Below are positions 42,239 through 47,319 of a stretch of 47,319 nucleotides of DNA, one piece after another. Numbering within the stretch: position 1 is the first letter of the stretch; every line of letters starts with the position of its first letter. Below the pieces are notes generated by a model. It saw only the letters and a list, made by a program, of their open reading frames with translations. It had not been told where the DNA came from and searched no databases. The position numbers and the translations under genes are program-made. Location of the stretch: NCBI GenBank assembly GCA_937984275.1, contig CALJYC010000099.1, positions 1 to 47,319 of the forward strand, given 5' to 3'. This stretch comes from an uncultured bacterium. GTDB lineage: Bacteria; Myxococcota_A; Polyangia; Polyangiales; Houyiibacteriaceae.

Positions 42239-42994
42239 GTGGAACGGCTGCAGAAGGTTCTTGCCCGTGCCGGCGTTGCATCTCGGCGTGCGTCGGAGGA
42301 GCTGATCGTCGCCGGGCGGGTGCGGGTCAATGGGCGCGTCGTCACCGAGCTTGGGACCAAGGTGGATCCGCACAAGGACCGCGTCGAGGTCGATGGCCGG
42401 CGGCTCGTTGCCGAAAAGCCCGTGTACTACCTCATGCACAAACCGCGGGAGATGGTGACGACTCTGGACGATCCCCAGGGCAGGGCGACCATCGCGGACT
42501 TGTTGCAGCGGATTCCCGAGCGCGTGGTTCCGGTGGGGCGTCTCGACTACCATACCAGCGGCGCGCTCCTGGCAACCAACGACGGCGACATGATTGACGC
42601 TCTTCTGCGGCCCGTTGCCGGGGTCCCCAAGATCTACGCCGTGAAGTTTCAAGGGAATCTCGATGTCGAAGAGCTCGATGCGCTTCGAAACGGTGTGAGG
42701 CTCGACGACGGCTACCGCACCAAGCCCGCGGAGGCGTTCGTGCTGCGGCAGGAGCCCAATCACACTTGGGTCCAGCTCACGCTCACCGAAGGCAAAAACC
42801 GGCAGATTCACCGGATGGGCGACGCGATTCACCGCCGCGTGATGCGGCTCGCGCGCCAGTCGTTTGCAGGCATCAGCATCGATGGATTGAGACCTGGCGA
42901 GTACCGAGATCTCAAGCGAGACGAGGTGCAGCAGCTCAAAAAGAAGTATCTCAATCCGTATCGCCGTGCCCGCGAAGCCTCCAAAGAAGGGTGA
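42239..42994 (+). CDS. rluB: 23S rRNA pseudouridine synthase, RsuA/RluB family
   Basis: 251 aa with a GTG start. Has an S4 domain (RLQKVLARAGVASRRASEELIVAGRVRVNG) and the catalytic motif GRLDYHTSGALLATNDG. Confidence 0.88.
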   Translation: MERLQKVLARAGVASRRASEELIVAGRVRVNGRVVTELGTKVDPHKDRVEVDGRRLVAEKPVYYLMHKPREMVTTLDDPQGRATIADLLQRIPERVVPVGRLDYHTSGALLATNDGDMIDALLRPVAGVPKIYAVKFQGNLDVEELDALRNGVRLDDGYRTKPAEAFVLRQEPNHTWVQLTLTEGKNRQIHRMGDAIHRRVMRLARQSFAGISIDGLRPGEYRDLKRDEVQQLKKKYLNPYRRAREASKEG

Positions 42995-45900
42995 AGGCGC
43001 TCGGCACGACGAAGAGCGTGAGTACCGTCGAGAGCAGAAGGCCGCCAAGCACGATCGCGCCGACGCCGCGGTAGAGCTCGGAGCCCGAGCCCGAGAAGAC
43101 CACCATCGGCAAGAGGCCTGCGAGCGAGGTCGCCGTGGTCATGAAGATGGGGCGCACACGGGCTTCGACCGCGAGCGGTACAGCTTCGCTGAGGGTAGAG
43201 CCCGCGCGGAGGCGCGTGAGCGAGCCATCGACAACGAGGATGGCGTTGTTCACGACGACACCGATCAGGATCAGAAAGCCGAGCGCGGTCATCAAGTCTA
43301 GGGGCTGCTTTCCGAGCAAGGCATTGACCAGCCAGAGCCCTCCTGCGCCACCTGCCGCTGCCAATGGAACACTCATGAGAACCGCGAGCGGAGAGACGAA
43401 GTCTTCGAAGAGCGCCGCGATCAAGAGGAAGCAGATGATCAGGGCGAGCAAAAGGATGTTCCCGAACTGCTTCTGCGCCACTTCGAGCTTGCCCGCCGCG
43501 CCGCTCAGGCCGAACTCGACCCCCGGGGGAACTGCGCCCTCCGCCTCGAGACCGCCGATGACCTCGTTGCGTATCGTATCGATGGCGTCTTCGAGGGCCA
43601 GGTCTTCAGGCGGCGATACGTTGAGGGTGATCGCCCGGCGGCGTTCGAGGTGACGGATAACCGAAGGGCCAAGGCGTTCTTCGATTTCGGCGAGTGCGCC
43701 GAGGGGGACCACGCGCCCGCTCGGGGTAGCGACGGGTGCGGACAGCAGGGCCGGGGCGTCCGCCAGAAGCTGGTCGCCCTCGGTTACCGCGCGCAACACC
43801 ACGTCGAGCTTCGGTGAGCCCTTGGGGGTGTACTCGCCGATGATCGCACCGTCGATCAATGCGTCGACGACGAGGCCGAGCTCAGCGCCGCCCATTTGAA
43901 GCTGCGCTGCTTCTTTTCGTCTGGGAACGACGTGAAGCTCCGGCGCGCCGGGATCCAGGCTCGGGACCGGACGAATCTGCGCACCGGGCAGGGCCGCGCG
44001 CAAGTCTCCGAAGAGGCGGCCGCCCACCTCGGTGAGCGTTGGCAGGTCCGGGCCTTGAATGTCGATCTCGACGACGCGGCCTCCACCGATGCTGCGGCCG
44101 AACAAGGAGGCCTGGGTTGCGAACGAGATCATGCCTGGGATCTTCGACTGCACGCGTCGTAACAGGTCGAGCATCCGGCCGACGTCCTCTTTGCGCTCGG
44201 CAACGGCGCCCGCGAACACCCGGTCGGGGCTTCCCACGAAGAAGCTTCGTCGGATGTTGGCTTCGCCATCGGCCTCGACGCCGGTGTAACGCGCCATCTC
44301 GCCTTGAAGACGGTTGCCGGTCGCTTCGAGCTCCTCGATTGAGTAACCGGGGGGCGGAATCAAGATGCCGAACACCAGGTTCCGGTTGCCGGTGGGCAAG
44401 TACTCCATCGGTGGGAGAAGCACCCAGACGACCAAGATCGAGCCGACGATGGCCAACGCGATCGTTGCGAACGAGCGCCGGGTCGAGCTGCAGAGCCATC
44501 GCACTTGTTCGGTGACGCGCGATCGAAACCGGCGGCCGAAGTCGGTCAGGCCGCCGATGTCGAGGGTCTTGCCCTGTGAGAGGAGGCGCGCGGCGAGGCT
44601 CGGGATCACCAGAACCGACACGACCAGTGACACTGACACGGCCAGCGCGATGGCAACCGCGACGTCACGCAAGAGCTCGCCGACCTCGCCCTGCCAGAGG
44701 ACGATGGGAATGAAGACCGCGACCGTCGTCGCCGTGGAGGCGATCAGCGCGCCCCAGACGTCGCGGATGCCGCGATACGCGGCCAGCTTCGTGTTGGGTG
44801 CGCGGGTGCGCCAGGTATCGATGCTCTCGAGGGCGACGATCGAATTGTCGACGACCATGCCAATTGCAAACGTGATGCCGGCTAGCGAGACGACGTTAAT
44901 CGTCCGGCCGAGCGCCTGCATTCCGAGGGCCGTTGCGAATGCACAGACGGGGATGGCGATGCTGACGACTGCGGATGCTCCGAACGTACGCAGGAATAGG
45001 AACAGGACGATGATCGCCAGGACCCCGCCGAGAAGCAGGTTCTGTTGCACCAGAGCGAGCGCGCCCTCGATGTATTCGACCTGGTCGGCGAGGATTTCGA
45101 TTTGAAGTCCTTCGCGGTCGAACTTCTCGTGCTGCAGCTGGGCGACGACCTCGTGCACCTCCCGCGTCACCTCGAGCACATTGGTGCCCGCCTCGCGGGA
45201 AAGCAGCATCACCATGGCCGGCCGGTCCTGCACGAGGGCGACGCCGACCGGCTTGCGAAGCGCCAGCTTCACGGTGGCCACGTCTCCGAGGAGGATGGGG
45301 GTCCCGTCGCTGCTTGCTCCGAGCACGACCTCTTCGAGGGCGGTTGGCGTTTCCGGAGCGATGGCGGTTCGCACCAGGTAGCGTCGCTTCCCGAGGGTGA
45401 CGTCGCCCCCGGACAGATCGCGGAGCTCGCTTCGCACCCGGTCAGCAACGTCCTGCACCGAAAGCCCGCGTGCCCCGAGAGCCTGCGCGTCAAACAGTAC
45501 GTGGACCTCTGTGTCCTGGCCGCCGATGAAGAAGATGCCCGCCACGCCAGGGATGCGATCGATCTCGGGGAGGACCTCGTCTTCGACCCAGGTGCGATAC
45601 GCCGCGACGCTGCCCTTGTTCGGATCCCGAATCGCAACCACGGCCAGCGGTGGCCCGGCGCTGTTGGCCGTTTCGACGACGGGTTCCCGAACCGAATCGG
45701 GATAGCTCGAAACCTGGCTGAGCTTGTTGGTCACGCGAACGAGCGCCTCTTCGATGACCGTGTCGACCTCGAACTCGAGCGTGATGCTCCCGCTGTTCAT
45801 ACTGGCGCTCGACTCCATGCGGGTGAGCCCCTGGACGTTCTTGAGCACCTCTTCTTGTGGCTCGAGGATCTCGGTTTCAACCTCTACCGGCGCGGCGCCC

Positions 45901-46091
45901 GGCCAGATGGTGTTCACGCTGATCGTCGGAGTCGCAATGTCCGGGGTGAGCTGAATCGGCAGGTCCATGACCGAGAGCGTGCCGAAGAGGACGACGAGCA
46001 CGATGCCGACGATGACCGAGATCGGTCGTTGGATGGCGAGCCAAGAAAGCCCCGTGGGCTGCTCTTCGTGCGGAGGCGAGTCGTCGGGCAT
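42951..46091 (-). CDS. RND-family efflux transporter permease (AcrB/HAE-type)
   Basis: 1046 aa with 12 TMs, two large periplasmic loops and typical N-terminal (RPISVIVGIVLVVLFG) and TM4 regions. Its 3' end overlaps the rluB 3' end by 44 nt (convergent). Confidence 0.9.
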   Translation of the reverse strand: MPDDSPPHEEQPTGLSWLAIQRPISVIVGIVLVVLFGTLSVMDLPIQLTPDIATPTISVNTIWPGAAPVEVETEILEPQEEVLKNVQGLTRMESSASMNSGSITLEFEVDTVIEEALVRVTNKLSQVSSYPDSVREPVVETANSAGPPLAVVAIRDPNKGSVAAYRTWVEDEVLPEIDRIPGVAGIFFIGGQDTEVHVLFDAQALGARGLSVQDVADRVRSELRDLSGGDVTLGKRRYLVRTAIAPETPTALEEVVLGASSDGTPILLGDVATVKLALRKPVGVALVQDRPAMVMLLSREAGTNVLEVTREVHEVVAQLQHEKFDREGLQIEILADQVEYIEGALALVQQNLLLGGVLAIIVLFLFLRTFGASAVVSIAIPVCAFATALGMQALGRTINVVSLAGITFAIGMVVDNSIVALESIDTWRTRAPNTKLAAYRGIRDVWGALIASTATTVAVFIPIVLWQGEVGELLRDVAVAIALAVSVSLVVSVLVIPSLAARLLSQGKTLDIGGLTDFGRRFRSRVTEQVRWLCSSTRRSFATIALAIVGSILVVWVLLPPMEYLPTGNRNLVFGILIPPPGYSIEELEATGNRLQGEMARYTGVEADGEANIRRSFFVGSPDRVFAGAVAERKEDVGRMLDLLRRVQSKIPGMISFATQASLFGRSIGGGRVVEIDIQGPDLPTLTEVGGRLFGDLRAALPGAQIRPVPSLDPGAPELHVVPRRKEAAQLQMGGAELGLVVDALIDGAIIGEYTPKGSPKLDVVLRAVTEGDQLLADAPALLSAPVATPSGRVVPLGALAEIEERLGPSVIRHLERRRAITLNVSPPEDLALEDAIDTIRNEVIGGLEAEGAVPPGVEFGLSGAAGKLEVAQKQFGNILLLALIICFLLIAALFEDFVSPLAVLMSVPLAAAGGAGGLWLVNALLGKQPLDLMTALGFLILIGVVVNNAILVVDGSLTRLRAGSTLSEAVPLAVEARVRPIFMTTATSLAGLLPMVVFSGSGSELYRGVGAIVLGGLLLSTVLTLFVVPSAFTLLWRLRGHGDTD

Positions 46092-46098
46092 CGGGCGA

Positions 46099-47184
46099 TC
46101 AGTCTTCCAGCACGATGAGAGGCTGCCCCGGGAACAAGCGTTCGTTGCCGCGCGTCACCACCACGTCTCCCGCTGCGAGCCCTTCGGCCCGGATCAGCAC
46201 CTCGTCCCGGCCACGGGCCACGACTTCGATCGGCACTGGCTCCGCTTTGCCGTCGACCGACTTCACGACTTTGAGGCTGGCGATGCCGTAGACGAGCGCA
46301 TCGCGTGGAACCACGACCGCGCCTTCCTCGCTCCTATTGACGGTCAGCAGCACGTCGACGGCCGCGCCGGGCAACAACCAGGCTGTGGGCTCGCCGGGGA
46401 CCAAGCGCACGCGAACCGTGCGCGACTCGGCATCGAGAGCCGGCACGATTCCGCGAATCGTAGCCACCGCGGCTTCACCGCCACGGCCGAAACTGGCCTT
46501 GTCGCCGACGGAAAGAAAGCGCGCGACCTCGGGCGGAACCGATGCCAGGACCTCAACGTCACGATCATCGATGAGCTCAATCACTTCGACGCCAGGGTCG
46601 ACCCAATCGCCCGGGTCGACGCGCCGAGTTGCAACGACACCATCGAACGGCGCCGTCACCCTGTGCCGCCCGAGCTCTGCGCGCGCCTCGGCTTCCGCTG
46701 CTTTGAGGCGCCCACGTTCTGCGCCCGCGCGTTTGTGTTCTGAGTTGGCTTGCTCGATCTCGGCGCGCGCCGCGATGTCCGGGCCCGCGACGCTCAATCG
46801 CTCCGCGTCACGCTGCGCGCGTTCGAGCTGCGCCGAGCCAGCTTGTTTGGAGGCCGACGCTGCACGCACCCGCGCCGCCGCAAGGGAAGGGTCCACCTCG
46901 ACCAACAAGTCACCGCGCTTGACGTAGTCCCCGACTCGAACCCGGACGACGCGCACTTCGCCCGATGCTCCCGCCGCAAGGCGTGCATGCTGCAGCGCGC
47001 TCACATCACCAAGAAACGACCACTGGGCCTCGATACTCCCCGAGCGCACCTCACCGACCCAAACCCTCGCGGGGGGAGGCCCATTGGCGCCGCTCTTGGC
47101 CGGGGCCTCGCCCTCACAGCCCAGGGCCATCAATGATAGCCCTAGCAGGAGACACGCTCGCCGCCGGAAAACGACCGAAATCAT
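46099..47184 (-). CDS. RND efflux periplasmic adaptor (membrane fusion protein, HlyD/AcrA family), lipoprotein
   Basis: 361 aa with lipobox LMALGCEG, a coiled-coil hairpin (AAARVRAASASKQAGSAQLERAQRDAERL...) and barrel-sandwich and beta-barrel segments. It lies 7 nt upstream of the RND gene. Confidence 0.88.
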   Translation of the reverse strand: MISVVFRRRACLLLGLSLMALGCEGEAPAKSGANGPPPARVWVGEVRSGSIEAQWSFLGDVSALQHARLAAGASGEVRVVRVRVGDYVKRGDLLVEVDPSLAAARVRAASASKQAGSAQLERAQRDAERLSVAGPDIAARAEIEQANSEHKRAGAERGRLKAAEAEARAELGRHRVTAPFDGVVATRRVDPGDWVDPGVEVIELIDDRDVEVLASVPPEVARFLSVGDKASFGRGGEAAVATIRGIVPALDAESRTVRVRLVPGEPTAWLLPGAAVDVLLTVNRSEEGAVVVPRDALVYGIASLKVVKSVDGKAEPVPIEVVARGRDEVLIRAEGLAAGDVVVTRGNERLFPGQPLIVLED

Positions 47185-47211
47185 CGGGAAAATTTAGTGC
47201 ATAGACTCGTT

Positions 47212-47239
47212 TTGACAAGTCAAAGTCCATGACTATAAA
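47212..47239 (+). promoter_or_regulatory. Near-consensus sigma-70 promoter for the initiator tRNA
   Basis: TTGACA (47212-47217), a 16-nt spacer, then TATAAA (47234-47239). The mature tRNA 5' end is only 6 nt downstream, at 47245. Confidence 0.5.
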
Positions 47240-47244
47240 GAGGC

Positions 47245-47319
<75 letters not shown>

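Overview
This is a high-GC chromosomal segment from a Gram-negative (diderm) bacterium. Gene content and protein style look Myxococcota/deltaproteobacterial, but that placement is tentative and was not checked by any search. I can support about 38 protein genes and 2 tRNA genes, almost all core housekeeping. On the minus strand at the left: a large TPR protein (partial), an RpoH-like sigma factor, erpA/iscA, ygfZ, birA, nadC and a CPBP protease. Then on the plus strand: dnaG-rpoD, tRNA(CAU), a COG1579 zinc-ribbon protein, ilvE (minus), yajC-secD-secF-recJ, an enoyl-CoA hydratase (minus), and a tightly coupled tilS-ftsH-folP-cdaA-cdaR block. That block converges on a tamA(lipoprotein)-tamB-glmM operon. 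To the right: miaB, vanZ, a HAD lipoprotein, a hypothetical lipoprotein, lepA with a small RHH gene, two tandem paralogous DxDxDG-repeat lipoproteins, rluB, an RND pump with its adaptor, and an initiator tRNA at the right edge. I see no CRISPR array, IS element, integrase, prophage or recognisable defence or toxin system. The long ORFs antisense to these genes are high-GC artefacts. The unusual content is mostly non-coding, in six places. (1) An orphan near-consensus promoter precedes a ~130-nt candidate sRNA whose two 9-bp hairpins each display a C7 loop, followed by a redoxin gene remnant. (2) A 119-nt rod-like structured element closed by a perfect 13-bp stem sits just upstream of tRNA(CAU). 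(3) A ~70-nt composite palindromic repeat occurs twice in direct orientation, bracketing the lepA-RHH-lipoprotein block. (4) An RHH gene is divergent from the lipoprotein pair, with a palindrome over an extended -10. (5) The proteobacterial ftsH-folP-glmM and Firmicute cdaA-cdaR-glmM syntenies are merged, with glmM inverted and joined to tamAB. (6) The TamA homologue carries a lipobox. All functional calls rest on motifs I recognise by eye; nothing was searched or folded computationally.
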